Both the position numbers and the translations under genes were made by a program. A stretch of 64,000 nt of DNA. It comes from Eledone cirrhosa (lineage: Eukaryota). The stretch covers positions 9,610,001 through 9,674,000 of the forward strand of contig OZ024749.1 of the NCBI GenBank assembly GCA_964016885.1. The letters are read 5' to 3'. The notes under the pieces were generated by a model. That model was not told where the DNA came from, did not search any database, and was given only the letters and a program-made list of their open reading frames with translations. This document shows, in pieces, positions 27,369 through 40,479 of this stretch (the first letter of the stretch is position 1; each line of letters starts with the position of its first letter).

Positions 27369-27597
27369 TTAACCCTTTAGCATTTACATTACTCTATATT
27401 TATTATTATATTTTCATGGTAAAGGCTTTACCTCACATGATTATCTCACATAATTTCAAATCTATGAAATTTTGATATTCTTTATTTTGAGAAAAATACC
27501 TTAACATCAGTATGAGTGACTGGTTACAGCTGGTTTGAACAGAAAGAGGTGAGAGAATTCTGGACGGGTACGGCTGGTTTAAATGCTAAAGGGTTAA
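27369..27597. mobile_element. piggyBac-like MITE
   Basis: TTAA-ccctttagcattta ... taaatgctaaaggg-TTAA (TTAA TSD plus TIRs); partial copy at 30255-30463. Confidence 0.85.
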
Positions 27598-27869
27598 ATT
27601 GTGTGGCAAATTAGAGAACCATATTAGAAACTCCACCGCTTTGGATATTTCCACAATACAGCTACATGGCAAAGATGTTTGGTGATTATAGAAAATTATT
27701 ATATGATTATGTACTTGTTTTGCACGATTCTTGATGTGAAATCATGTGTTGAAACAGATATTGTTATATTTTGGGTATGGTCATTTCACCAATTTTGCCA
27801 AAATAAACACATGCAAGATGGAAAAAATGAATTAAAAACAAAAAGAAGAGAAATCACTAAGGAAAAAAA

Positions 27870-28110
27870 ACGAATGCCAAAGGTGTATGTATAGCATATA
27901 GAATAATGTACAAATGTCAGGAAAGTGAGCAGTGTATAAGTCATGATTTACACACAGATGTATGTGTGCGTGTATATGGAGAGGAGTATCAGGTGTAGTG
28001 TTGGCAAATTTTGGGAAGAATGAAAGTTTTGAAGGATGCAGTGTCTCAACAGCTAGCAACTGATGTAGGTAGTCTGTTCCATGCTTCAGCAACTCTGAAC
28101 GTGAAAAGAA
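27870..28110 (-). mobile_element. CR1/L2-like 3' fragment
   Basis: Direct similarity to 11585-11770. Confidence 0.8.
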
Positions 28111-28149
28111 AAATATATATGTGTATATCTATATATATATATATAACGA

Positions 28150-28345
28150 AGGAAGTGTGGTAAGGAACCAGGTGGACCATAACACACCAGAGTACTCAAT
28201 ACTTAGGGTAGTAGAATGGGTAATAGGAAAATGTTCAAGACCCCCGACGGCAGAGCTCGAGCCATTTTGACGGCTATTTCTGAATCCAGAAATAGCCGTC
28301 GAAACGGCTCGAGCTCTGCCGTCGGGGTCTTGAACATTTTCCTAT
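28150..28345 (+). mobile_element. Unclassified (TA)n-embedded element ending in a palindrome with ~60-bp arms
   Basis: Hairpin 28223-28345 with loop aatc; copies at 43800-43979 and 19143-19258. Confidence 0.75.
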
Positions 28346-28354
28346 ATATATATA

Positions 28355-28403
<49 letters not shown>

Positions 28404-28758
28404 GTGTGTGTGGAAAAGTAAGAAATCAGAGAACAGACCGTTAATACATGTTTATTTAAAACAGCACCTACGTACGTTTCGCCTGGATGGGCTTCTCAAA
28501 GGCATAAATAACTAAAAGTGTTCCTTACATATATATATTCTTTAAGATATGTTACCAAATACTTATTTACATCATAATTTGATTTATAATTGTTTCATCC
28601 TGGTTTTAATGCTAGTAAGACTTAATTTCATGCTGCACATAATAACCAATATCTCTTGTTAGTGACTATACAGTTTTGTAAAATGTAAACAAAAATCTAT
28701 GGACTATTTTTGTGCAATCAAAAAGATGAACTTGTTGAGGTATTTACTTATAAAATGA

Positions 28759-28802
28759 TTGATTCTGATGAGTCCCACGAGAATGAAACAATTGTAAATC
28801 AA
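28759..28802 (+). ncRNA. Type I hammerhead-like motif
   Basis: ttgatt-CTGATGA-gtcccacgagaat-GAAA-caattg-TA-aatcaa; 6-bp stem I, palindromic stem III, damaged stem II. Confidence 0.6.
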
Positions 28803-28950
28803 AATATGATATAAGTGTTTGGTAACATATTCTAATGAATAATTTACTCCACTTGTAAATATTCCATATTTTTAGCTGTTTCACCTACACCTTTCCAGAT
28901 TTTATATTTGGAAACAAATTTCTTTATATGTATGTGTGTATATATATATA

Positions 28951-29694
28951 TCTGTATATATATAAAATTAAGTATGTGTGTTTGTGTGTCTGTGTATTAC
29001 CTATAGGGGCCTACATCTTACGACCGACTTTCATGAAACTTTACAGGCTCATAGATTAGTCATCGGGGAGTGTTTTCTATATATCAGCGTATCGTTTTTT
29101 TATTCCGGGGTCATTCTGCAGATAAAAATCGATAGGAGGGGTCACCTTTTTTTAGGTATCGAAAAATAAGATTTTTGGCTCTAGCTCCCACATTTTACCA
29201 CCGATTTCGTTCAAATTTTAAAGCAAAATAGAATTTATCATTGCACATCCTGTAATGGCATTTGTTGTTCAGGGACGGCGTGGCAGCCGCTTAAATATTC
29301 GAAAATACCACCTTTTCGCTCAAATTTCCGCCTTTTCGACTCTAGCTCCCACATTTTTCAACCGATTTCGTTCAAATTTGAAACTTCGGCTCCACCTCAC
29401 ACATAAATCAATTTATTTGGTTCAACTTTTATACTACGATAGAACCTATCATTGCACATCTTATAGATGGTCAAAAGCAAAACAATGGCCACTGATGTGT
29501 ATTTGAGAATTCATCGGTTTCCAATCAAGTAGCGTGAGGAAATTTGGCTTAATGTTAGAGGTCATTACCTCCTCCCCCGCATGGCCTGTGTGTGGCCATA
29601 GATAAGTCATCGAGAAGCAGTCGCTAAGATCAACACCTTTTCATCAAAGCAGATGTTATTTTACCTACCCAGGCAATGCTGAGTACTGCTGCTA

Positions 29695-29695
<1 letters not shown>
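28951..29695 (+). mobile_element. Non-autonomous Helitron
   Basis: A|TCTGTATATATATAAAA start; subterminal hairpin acccaggcaatgctgagt; CTAG|T end; internal ~40-bp direct repeat at 29178 and 29339. Confidence 0.8.
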
Positions 29696-29730
<35 letters not shown>

Positions 29731-29889
29731 CTACAATCCTCCAATTGTGTTTTTATAATTTTGTGGTGGATAGCGGGGACCTCATTTTTAAATATATGTT
29801 TTTATTTTTCTATGCAGCAAATGGAATAAATTAATTAATTAGTTAAAAAGAACATTTAACTATCTTAATGTTGTAGTCATTAATAAATA

Positions 29890-30070
29890 ATTGTTTCTAC
29901 TTTAGGCACAAGGCCAACAATTACCCAGTGCATTACTGGTACTTTATTTTATCGACCCCGTAAGGATGAAAGGCAAAGTCAACCTCGGCGGGATTTGAAC
30001 TCAGATCGTAAAGGGACGTAACTATGCTGGAAAGCATGACGTCTGACCCTCTACCGATACTGCCAATCCA
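29890..30070 (-). mobile_element. SINE family 1
   Basis: Full-length match to 7435-7612. Confidence 0.9.
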
Positions 30071-31337
30071 CAATAAATAATAAACATGTGTAATTATTTT
30101 TAAAATCTTTACCTGAATCTTTTTAAACAAGAGCCTCAAATTTCATATATCTTCAGACCTCAGGTGAATGTCCAGCGCTGGTGGGGACTGTCTAAATCTA
30201 TATAGTTATTAGGAATATACATGGCCTCTGATTGTGTCTCTATAATTCTGTTACATTACTCTATATTTACTGTTATATTTTCACAGAAATGGTTTTACCT
30301 CACATAATTATCTCACATAATATCGAATCTATGAGATTTTGATATTATTTATTTTGAGAAAAATACCTTAACATCAGTATGAGTAGCAGTTACAGTCAGT
30401 TTGAACAGAAAGAGATGAGAGAATTCTGGCCGGATATGGCCAGTTTAAATGCTAAAGGGTTAAATTTATGTGGATGCAGGTTAGATATAGGTAGGGGCTC
30501 AGAGAGAAATTTTGCAAGATGGAACAAATCTAAATTTGAACTGAGAATGTAAAGAGTCAGAACAAATACTGCTAAACCGTTGTCTGTTCTAATGAGTCTA
30601 CCAATCCACTGCTCGTGTTATCAGTAATAAGAATAGTATAATAATTGTTTCTACTTTAGGCACAAGGCCAGCAATTACCCAGTGCATTACTGGTACTTTA
30701 TTTTATCGACCCCGTAAGGATGAAAGGCAAAGGTGAACCTTGGCGGGATTTGAACTCAGATCGTAAAGGGACGTAACTATGCTGGAAAGCATGGCGTCCG
30801 AGCCTCTGCCGATACTGCCAATCCACCATAATAATGATTTCTACTATAGGGACAAGGCCATTAAATCAACCCCAGTGTATTGCTGGTGCTTTATTTATTA
30901 ACCCTCTAAGGATGAAAGGTAAAGCTAACCCCAGTGGGATTTGAACTCAGAACGTAAAGGGCCGTAACTCGATACCGCAAAACATATTGTCCAATGCCCA
31001 ACCGATACTGCCTATGCACCACCCTTTATCAACCCCCAGCAGGATCTGGACATAAAGAGATGTAACTTAATACCACGAGAGGTTTTGTCCAACACTTTTA
31101 CAATTCCACTAATCCACTGCCCTAATAATTCTTTCTAACATTGGCACAAGGTCAGCAATTTGAGAGAAGGAGAAAGTTGACTATAACGAACCCAGTGCAT
31201 TACTGGTACTTTATTTTATCAACCTCAGAAGGAGGAAAGGTATAAATGACCTTGGTGGGATTTGAACTTGGAACGAGGAAATTGTTAGTAAAATCCCCAA
31301 AAGCATTTTGTCCAATGCCCTATAAATATTGCTAAGC

Positions 31338-31507
31338 CAGGGTTTTACAAACTTTTTCAAACGCAGAACCCTTTTTGGTTCAGAAACTTTTGGCAAAACC
31401 CCAAAGTCTAATACTGTTATATGGTTGTAATATGAATATATTCCTCAACCTTTTTCATGGAACCCCAGACTCTCAATCAATTGCAGAACCCATTTTGGAA
31501 ACCACGG
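31338..31507. mobile_element. hAT-type MITE
   Basis: cagggttttacaaac ... tttggaaaccacgg termini; 8-bp TSD tgctaagc/tgctaaac. Confidence 0.65.
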
Positions 31508-32253
31508 TGCTAAACCACTGCCCTCCACCATCTTAATAATAATAATGGTTTCTGATTTAGGCACAAGGCCAGCAATTACCCAGTGCATTACTGGTACTTT
31601 ATTTTATCGACCCCGTAAGGATGAAAGGCAAAGTCAACCTCGGCGGGATTTGAACTCAGATCGTAAAGGGACGTAACTATGCTGGAAAGCATGGCGTCCG
31701 ACCCTCTGCCGATACTACCAAATAATAATGGTTTCTGATTTAGGCACAAGATCAATAATTTTAAAGAAGGAGAAAGTCAATTAAATCAACCCAGTGTATT
31801 ACTGGTACTTTATTTAATCAACTCCATCAGGAAAGACAAAATTAACCTCAGCAGGATTTGAACTCAGACAATAAAGGGATGTAACTCTACGTGACAAAGC
31901 ATGTCCGATACTGCCCAACCACCGGCCTTCTATATAATAATAATAATAATTTCTTTATTTTTTTATTATTTATTATTTATTTATTTTAATAATAATAATA
32001 ATGATAATGGTTTCTTTCTTATTAATAGTAATAACAATGGTTTCTACTTTAAGCACAAGGCCAGCAATTTTGGGGTAGCGGAACGTCGATTAAATCGACC
32101 CCTATTCATTACTGGTACTTTATTTTATTGACCCTGTAAGTATGAAAGACAAAACTAACCTCAGCAGGATTTGAACTCAGAACATAAGGGCCACTTACTT
32201 CTAAATAGTGCAAAGCATTTTGTCCGACGCTCTATCGATTCTGCCAATAATAA

Positions 32254-32734
32254 TCTAAACTATAATAAAGTAAGGAGCATGGGACTGCGTACGGTTTATA
32301 ATTTTTTATCCCATTAGTAAAATAAGTTGGATTACTTTGAATGAATAATGAATGAATATTACATAATTTATCTACTAAATTTCATGGCTGATCATTAAAT
32401 ATATTTTATTACTTATTTAAAGATTCACTTTTTTAAAATGTTCAAATGTCAGCACTTCCGGTTAGCGGTCGCTTAAATAAATATTCATATATTTCTGTCA
32501 CTAATTTTCTCCTAATGCAGTTTATATATAATATTGTCTTTTTTTAATGTATCATGGATTACGTTACTGATTACATAAGACAGTGTAACAGTCTTCGTTC
32601 AATCTCTGTGTATATTGTCAATTACGATTTTATTTGATGTATCATATCTACATGTATATATACTTGTGTATAATATCAATATACACACTACACATGCTAG
32701 CAGAAAACCACCCGAAGGGTGGTTTTTCTGCTAG
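32254..32734 (+). mobile_element. Non-autonomous Helitron (second family)
   Basis: A|TCTAAACTATAATAAAG start; terminal hairpin ctagcagaaaaccaccc-gaa-gggtggtttttctgCTAG|T. Confidence 0.65.
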
Positions 32735-33367
32735 TAATTATAATGTTAATAATTATATTAATAACCCTAGTAAAAATAATAATTGTTTCTACTTTTGGCA
32801 CAAGGCCAGCAATTATCCAGTATATTACTGGTACTTTATTTTATCGACCCCGTAAGGATGAAAGGCAAAGTCAACCTCGGCGGGATTTGAACTCAGATCG
32901 TAAAGGGACGTAACTGTGCTGGAAAGCATGGCGTCCGACCCTCTACCGATACTGCCAATCCGCCAATAATAATGTTCAACTAGGAATAGCCATGTTTCTC
33001 ATAAATAAACTCTCATTGGTTATGGCATAACCTGAGCATTTCTCCATTAAAAGAATATCTTGGATTTTTACAGAGTTGAGGGTGGAGAGGGAGAAGGGTG
33101 TGGGTGGGGGAGAATGACAAGGTGTGACATTTATACCTTTTTTTCTCGGCTATCAATAGTATGACTGAAATATAGAACTCTCCCATTTCCCGTCCTCCTG
33201 TCTCTTTCATCGGGAGGGTGGTGGGAGGGGAATTGAAATGAAGTGATGGACTTTATGATCCTTGTGAGATTACAATACATGTAAGTTTGTACGATGTAGT
33301 TGATGCTGCTATTCTATATATAAAAATAATATCAAATTGTAATGTATTTGACTTTTGACTTTTGCAG

Positions 33368-33434
33368 TCTGAAAGCAATTTATCTAATGAAACCAATTTG
33401 ATATTAAAGAAACAAAAGGAAACCGAAGAAAAAA
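33368..33434 (+). CDS. Candidate internal exon (SESNLSNETNLILKKQKETEEK)
   Basis: Pyrimidine-rich ...gacttttgcag acceptor, gtatgt donor, 67 nt open, phase 0 to phase 1. Confidence 0.6.
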
Positions 33435-33949
33435 GTATGTTTTATTCACTCATAACTCATTATGCTCTTTCTACACTGCACTTTTATTCATTGTGATGAA
33501 AATAATTTCCAAGTGCTTAGTTATGTAGAGTAATTTCCCTTGTGTACCAGTACTAATCATAAAATATATTGTTTTATTTTTTGTTTATTATTATTATGGC
33601 TTTTGGTTATTTTTCTTGTGTTTTTTTTTATTTGGGGGCTTTTATTATTTTTTTATCATTTTTTTATTTTTTTGTTATTTTTTTTGTTTTTTGTTGTTTT
33701 TTAGTTTGTTTTTTTTTTCGCCTTTTCACTATTTACGCAACAAAAAAAAACACAAAAATAAATAATAATATAAATAATAATAATAATAATATATAATATA
33801 GTATAATATAATATAATATAATTTATGATACAAATGAGAAATTATGAGAAAATATAGAGAAAACTAAAAATTTCATGCTTCCTGTATTTATTTTTCAAAA
33901 TGTTTTTTGTGTTAAATATTTTTATAACTGCTATTGCTGTTGTTCATGT

Positions 33950-34318
33950 GTGATATTGTGTATGTGGGTTATATTGTGTGTGTGATACTGTGTGTGTGTG
34001 TGTGGTACTATGTATGTGTGTGTGATAGTGTGTGTGTGTGTGTGATACTGTGTATGTACATGTGATACTGCGTATGTGTGTGATACTATGTATGTGTGTG
34101 ATACTATGCATGTGTGTTGATAGTGTGTGTGTATGTGTGATACTAGGTATGTGTGTGATACTGTGTGTGATACTGTGTATGTGTGTGTGATACTGTGTGT
34201 GATACTGTGTGATACTGTGTATGTGTGTGTGATACTGTGTGTGATACTGTGTATGTGTGTGTGATAGTGTGTGTGATAGTGTGTGTGATACTGTGTGTGA
34301 TACTGTGTGTGATACTGT
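33950..34318. repeat. (TG)n-ATAC minisatellite (tgtgtgatac)
   Basis: Repeated gtgatactgt unit. Confidence 0.85.
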
Positions 34319-34342
34319 AAAGTTTTTAAAATAATGTAATAA

Positions 34343-34505
34343 TTGTTTCTACTTTTGGCACAAGGCCAGCAATTATCCCAGTGTATTACTGGTACTTTAT
34401 TTTATCGACCCCGTAAGGATGAAAGGCAAAGTTAACCTCGACGGGATTTGAACTCAGACCATAAAGGGCCGTAACTCTATGCATCAAAGCATGGCTGCCA
34501 ATCCT
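34343..34505 (-). mobile_element. SINE family 1
   Basis: Body and B-box match the other copies. Confidence 0.85.
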
Positions 34506-34689
34506 GTAATAATAGTTTCAATTGTCAGACACAAAATAGAGTGGACTGACCACGGTCAGGTTTATTGGAGACAATAGAAGGGTTTAATTAAACTGGCTTT
34601 ACTGGTGGACAGTGGGGGGGGGTAGAGAATGGGGGGGATAGGGAGAAGTGGACCGTAGGGAGAGAAGAGGGTAGGAGAGAGAAGGGGGT

Positions 34690-36053
34690 AGGAGAGAGAA
34701 GGGGAGGTGTTGACCCCACAATTGGGATGACAGTAGGGGAGAAGGGGAAGGAGAGAGAAGGGGAGGTGCTGACACCACAATTGGGATGACAGTAGGGGGG
34801 AAGGAGAGAGAGAGAAGGGGAGGTGTTGACCCCACAATTGGGATGACAATAGGGGGTGAAGGGGGTAGGAGATAGAAGGGGAGGTGTTGACCCCACAATT
34901 GGGATGACAATAGGGGGTGAAGGGGGTAGGAGATAGAAGGGGAGGTGTTGACCCCACAATTGGGATGACAGTAGGGGGTGAAGGGGAAGTAGAGAGAGAG
35001 AAGGGGAGGTGTTGACCCCACAATTGGGATGACAGTAGGGGAGAAGGGGAAGGAGAGAGAAGGGGAGGTGCTGACACCACAATTGGGATGACAGTAGGGG
35101 GGAAGGAGAGAGAGAGAAGGGGAGGTGTTGACCCCACAATTGGGATGACAATAGGGGGTGAAGGGGGTAGGAGATAGAAGGGGAGGTGTTGACCCCACAA
35201 TTGGGATGACAGTAGGGGGTGAAGGGGAAGTAGAGAGAAGGGGAGGTGTTGACACCACAATTGGGATGACAGTAGGGGAGAAGGGGGAAGGAGAGAGAAG
35301 GGGAGGTGTTGACCCCACAATTGGGATGACAGTAGGGGAGAAGGGGGAAGGAGAGAGAAGGGGAGGTATTGACCCCACAATTGGGATGACAGTAGGGGGT
35401 GAAGGGGAAGTAGAGAGAGAGAAGGGGAGGTGTTGACCCCACAATTGGGATGACAGTAGGGGAGAAGGGGAAGGAGAGAGAAGGGGAGGTGCTGACACCA
35501 CAATTGGGATGACAGTAGGGGGGAAGGAGAGAGATAGAAGGGGAGGTGTTGACCCCACAATTGGGATGACAGTAGGGGGTGAAGGGGAAGTAGAGAGAGA
35601 GAAGGGGAGGTGTTGACCCCACAATTGGGATGACAGTAGGGGAGAAGGGGTAAGGAGAGAGAAGGGGAGCTGTTGACCCCACAATTGGGATGACAGTAGG
35701 GGGTGAAGGGGTAGGAGAGAGAAGGGGAGGTGTTGACACCACAATTGGGATGACAGTAGGGGAGAAGGGGGAAGGAGAGAGAAGGGGAGGTGTTGACCCC
35801 ACAATTGGGATGACAGTAGGGGGTGAAGGGGGAAGGGGAGAGAAGGGGAGGTGTTGACCCCACAATTGGGATGACAGTAGGGGGTGAAGGGGGTAGGAGA
35901 GAGAAGGGGAGGTGTTGACACCACAATTGGGATGACAGTAGGGGAGAAGGGGGTAGGAGATAGAAGGGGAGGTGTTGACCCCACAATTGGGATGACAGTA
36001 GGGGAGAAGGGGGAAGGAGAGAGAAGGGGCGGTGTTGACCCCACAATTGGGAT
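34690..36053. repeat. ~60-bp G-rich minisatellite (~23 units): constant core plus variable purine linker
   Basis: Core agaaggggaggtgttgaccccacaattgggatgacagtagggg. Confidence 0.93.
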
Positions 36054-36139
36054 AATTGTTTCAGTAATTATGATCTCATCAGAACTGGAGGTAAAAAAAT
36101 GACAGCATTTATTATATATGAAGATGTTGAGTGATTGAT

Positions 36140-36400
36140 CTGGTGATGATGATGATGCTGATGATGATGATGATGATAGTGGTGGTGGGGGTGATGATAG
36201 GTGGTGGTGGGGGTGATGATGATATAATGGTAGTGGTGATGGGAGGGTGAGGGTGATGATGATGGTGGGGGTGATGATGATAATATAGTGGTGGTGGGGG
36301 TGATAATGATATAATGGTAGTGGTGATGGGAGGGGGAGGGTGATGATGATGGTGGTGGTGGGGTGATGATGATAATGAGGAGGAAGAGGAGGAGGAGTTG
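36140..36400. repeat. (GAT/GGT)n low-complexity tract
   Basis: Triplet runs. Confidence 0.8.
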
Positions 36401-36584
36401 TGTGGTAGCAGTTAATTAGTTGCTAACTTGGAACTCAACAACATCAATAATCTGGAAGACTGAACATAGGCACACAACTTGCTAGAAATAGCAGCTAAAT
36501 TTCCTACCAGCTTGAAAATAGGAAGGACACATTGAACAATGGAGTTCTGGAACATAGAAAAATGTGAGATGGTCAAGGATGAAA

Positions 36585-39500
36585 CACCTTTGGTTCAAAT
36601 CTTCATGATCAAGGCTGACCTAGGGCTAAATAACAATCCCTTTAGTTATAAATCTTCATGGTCAAGGCTGACCTAGGGCTAAACAACAAGACCTTTAGTT
36701 ATAAATCTTCATGGTCAAGGCTGACCTAGGGCTAAACAAGACCTTTAGTTATAAATCTTCATGGTCAAGGCTGACCTAGGGCTAAGCAACAAGACCGTTA
36801 GTTATAAATCTTCATGGTCAAGGCTGATCTAGGGCTAAATAACAACCCCTTTAGTTATAAATCTTCATGGTCAAGGCTGACCTAGGGCTAAACAAGACCT
36901 TTAGTTATAAATCTTCATGGTCAAGGCTGACCTAGGGATAAACAACAAGACCTTTAGTTATAAATCTTCATGGTCAAGGCTGACCTAGGGCTAAGCAACA
37001 AGACCGTTAGTTATAAATCTTCATGGTCAAGGCTGATCTAGGGCTAAATAACAACCCCTTTAGTTATAAATCTTCATGGTCAAGGCTGACCTAGGGCTAA
37101 ACAAGACCTTTAGTTATAAATCTTCATGGTCAAGGCTGACCTAGGGCTAAACAAAAAGACCTTTAGTTATAAATCTTCATGGTCAAGGCTGACCTAGGGC
37201 TAAGCAACAAGACCGTTAGTTATAAATCTTCATGGTCAAGGCTGATCTAGGGCTAAATAACAACCCCTTTAGTTATAAATCTTCATGGTCAAGGCTGACC
37301 TAGGGCTAAACAAGACCTTTAGTTATAAATCTTCATGGTCAAGACTGACCTAGGGCTAAACAACAAGACCTTTAGTTATAAATCTTCATGGTCAAGGCTG
37401 ACCTAGGGCTAAACAACAAGACCTTTAGTTATAAATCTTCATGGTCAAAGCCTACCTAGGGCTAAACAACAAGACCTTTAGTTATAAATCTTCATGGTCA
37501 AGGCTGACCTAGGGCTGAACAACAAGACCTTTAGTTATAAATCTTCATGGTCAAGGCTGACCTAGGGCTGAACAACAAGACCTTTAGTTATAAATCTTCA
37601 TGGTCAAGGCTGACCTAGGGCTGAACAACAAGACCTTTAGTTATAAATCTTCATGGTCAAGGCTGACCTAGGGCTGAACAACAAGACCTTTAGTTATAAA
37701 TCTTCATGGTCAAGGCTGACCTAGGGCTAAACAACAAGACCTTTAGTTATAAATCTTCATGGTCAAAGCCTACCTAGGGCTAAACAACAAGACCTTTAGT
37801 TATAAATCTTCATGGTCAAGGCTGACCTAGGGCTAAACAACAAGACTAGTTATAAATCTTCATGGTCAAGGCTGACCTAGGGCTGAACAACAAGACCTTT
37901 AGTTATAAATCTTCATGGTCAAGGCTGACCTAGGGCTAAGCAACAACCCCTTTAGTTATAAATCTTCATGGTCAAGGCTGATCTAGGGCTAAATAACAAC
38001 CCCTTTAGTTATAAATCTTCATGGTCAAGGCTGACCTAGGGCTAAACAACAAGACCTTTAGTTATAAATCTTCATGGTCAAGGCTGACCTAGGGCTAAAC
38101 AACAAGACCTTTAGTTATAAATCTTCATGGTCAAGGCTGACCTAGGGCTAAACAACAAGACCTTTAGTTATAAATCTTCATGGTCAAGGCTGACCTAGGG
38201 CTGAACAACAAGACCTTTAGTTATAAATCTTCATGGTCAAGGCTGACCTAGGGCTAAACAACAAGACTAGTTATAAATCTTCATGGTCAAAGCCTACCTA
38301 GGGCTGAACAACAAGACCTTTAGTTATAAATCTTCATGGTCAAAGCCTACCTAGGGCTAAACAACAAGACCTTTAGTTATAAATCTTCATGGTCAAGGCT
38401 GACCTAGGGCTAAACAACAAGACCTTTAGTTATAAATCTTCATGGTCAAGGCTGACCTAGGGCTGAACAACAAGACCTTTAGTTATAAATCTTCATGGTC
38501 AAGGCTGACCTAGGGCTGAACAACAAGACCTTTAGTTATAAATCTTCATGGTCAAGGCTGACCTAGGGCTGAACAACAAGACCTTTAGTTATAAATCTTC
38601 ATGGTCAAGGCTGACCTAGGGCTGAACAACAAGACCTTTAGTTATAAATCTTCATGGTCAAGGCTGACCTAGGGCTAAACAACAAGACCTTTAGTTATAA
38701 ATCTTCATGGTCAAAGCCTACCTAGGGCTAAACAACAAGACCTTTAGTTATAAATCTTCATGGTCAAGGCTGACCTAGGGCTAAACAACAAGACTAGTTA
38801 TAAATCTTCATGGTCAAGGCTGACCTAGGGCTGAACAACAAGACCTTTAGTTATAAATCTTCATGGTCAAGGCTGACCTAGGGCTAAGCAACAACCCCTT
38901 TAGTTATAAATCTTCATGGTCAAGGCTGATCTAGGGCTAAATAACAACCCCTTTAGTTATAAATCTTCATGGTCAAGGCTGACCCTGGGCTAAACAACAA
39001 GACCTTTAGTTATAAATCTTCATGGTCAAGGCTGACCTAGGGCTAAACAACAAGACCTTTAGTTATAAATCTTCATGGTCAAGGCTGACCTAGGGCTAAA
39101 CAACAAGACCTTTAGTTATAAATCTTCATGGTCAAGGCTGACCTAGGGCTGAACAACAAGACCTTTAGTTATAAATCTTCATGGTCAAGGCTGACCTAGG
39201 GCTAAACAACAAGACTAGTTATAAATCTTCATGGTCAAAGCCTACCTAGGGCTGAACAACAAGACCTTTAGTTATAAATCTTCATGGTCAAAGCCTACCT
39301 AGGGCTAAACAACAAGACCTTTAGTTATAAATCTTCATGGTCAAGGCTGACCTAGGGCTGAACAACAAGACCTTTAGTTATAAATCTTCATGGTCAAGGC
39401 TGACCTAGGGCTAAACAACAAGACTAGTTATAAATCTTCATGGTCAAAGCCTACCTAGGGCTGAACAACAAGACCTTTAGTTATAAATCTTCATGGTCAA

Positions 39501-40263
39501 AGCCTACCTAGGGCTAAACAACAAGACCTTTAGTTATAAATCTTCATGGTCAAGGCTGACCTAGGGCTGAACAACAAGACCTTTAGTTATAAATCTTCAT
39601 GGTCAAGGCTGACCTAGGGCTAAACAACAAGACCTTTAGTTATAAATCTTCATGGTCAAGGCTGACCTAGGGCTAAACAACAAGACTAGTTATAAATCTT
39701 CATGGTCAAGACTGACCTAGGGCTAAGCAACAAGACCGTTAGTTATAAATCTTCATGGTCAAGGCTGACCTAGGGCTAAGCAACAAGACCTTTAGTTATA
39801 AATCTTCATGGTCAAGGCTGACCTAGGGCTAAACAACAAGACTAGTTATAAATCTTCATGGTCAAAGCCTACCTAGGGCTGAACAACAAGACCTTTAGTT
39901 ATAAATCTTCATGGTCAAAGCCTACCTAGGGCTAAACAACAAGACCTTTAGTTATAAATCTTCATGGTCAAGGCTGACCTAGGGCTGAACAACAAGACCT
40001 TTAGTTATAAATCTTCATGGTCAAGGCTGACCTAGGGCTAAACAACAAGACCTTTAGTTATAAATCTTCATGGTCAAGGCTGACCTAGGGCTGAACAACA
40101 AGACCTTTAGTTATAAATCTTCATGGTCAAGACTGACCTAGGGCTAAGCAACAAGACCGTTAGTTATAAATCTTCATGGTCAAGGCTGACCTAGGGCTAA
40201 GCAACAAGACCTTTAGTTATAAATCTTCATGGTCAAGGCTGACCTAGGGCTAAACAACAACAA
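36585..40263 (+). repeat. 53-bp satellite (~69 units) derived from the 3' end of a (CAA)n-tailed retroposon starting ~36470
   Basis: Unit cctttagttataaatcttcatggtcaaggctgacctagggctaaacaacaaga; a related single-copy element follows at ~40300-40470. Confidence 0.92.
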
Positions 40264-40479
40264 AAATGAAAGACTTTAAGAACATGAGCGCCTTTTGATC
40301 AATCTATTTGCCAGAAATAGTAGCCAAACTTCCCTCAAATCCCACTCTACTGTCTTAAAAAATGAGTAATGATACATTGAGTAATGTAGTCCAAGATACA
40401 TTAAGTCTTCAAAGATGTCCACAGACGATATACTGAATCAGGTCTAATCTGAGGCTAAACACCAACACAAACATACAAT

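Larger units (their letters stand above)
30480..32966 (-). mobile_element. Cluster of about 8 same-orientation family 1 SINEs separated by (TAA)n
   Basis: Copies at about 30480-30610, 30645-30828, 30835-31015, 31130-31330, 31545-31720, 31730-31920, 32038-32248 and 32782-32966. Confidence 0.88.

Noticed and set aside
27613-27710. Protein-like frame TILETPPLWIFPQYSYMAKMFGDYRKLLYDY
   Set aside because: No polypyrimidine acceptor, weak donor, and wedged between two repeats.
30111-30198. Minus-strand exon ending CAG|gtaaag
   Set aside because: Stops in all three frames.
34690-36053. CRISPR-like repeat-spacer look (also 58850-59563)
   Set aside because: Linkers are short, low-complexity and recurrent rather than unique; no cas genes; eukaryotic context.
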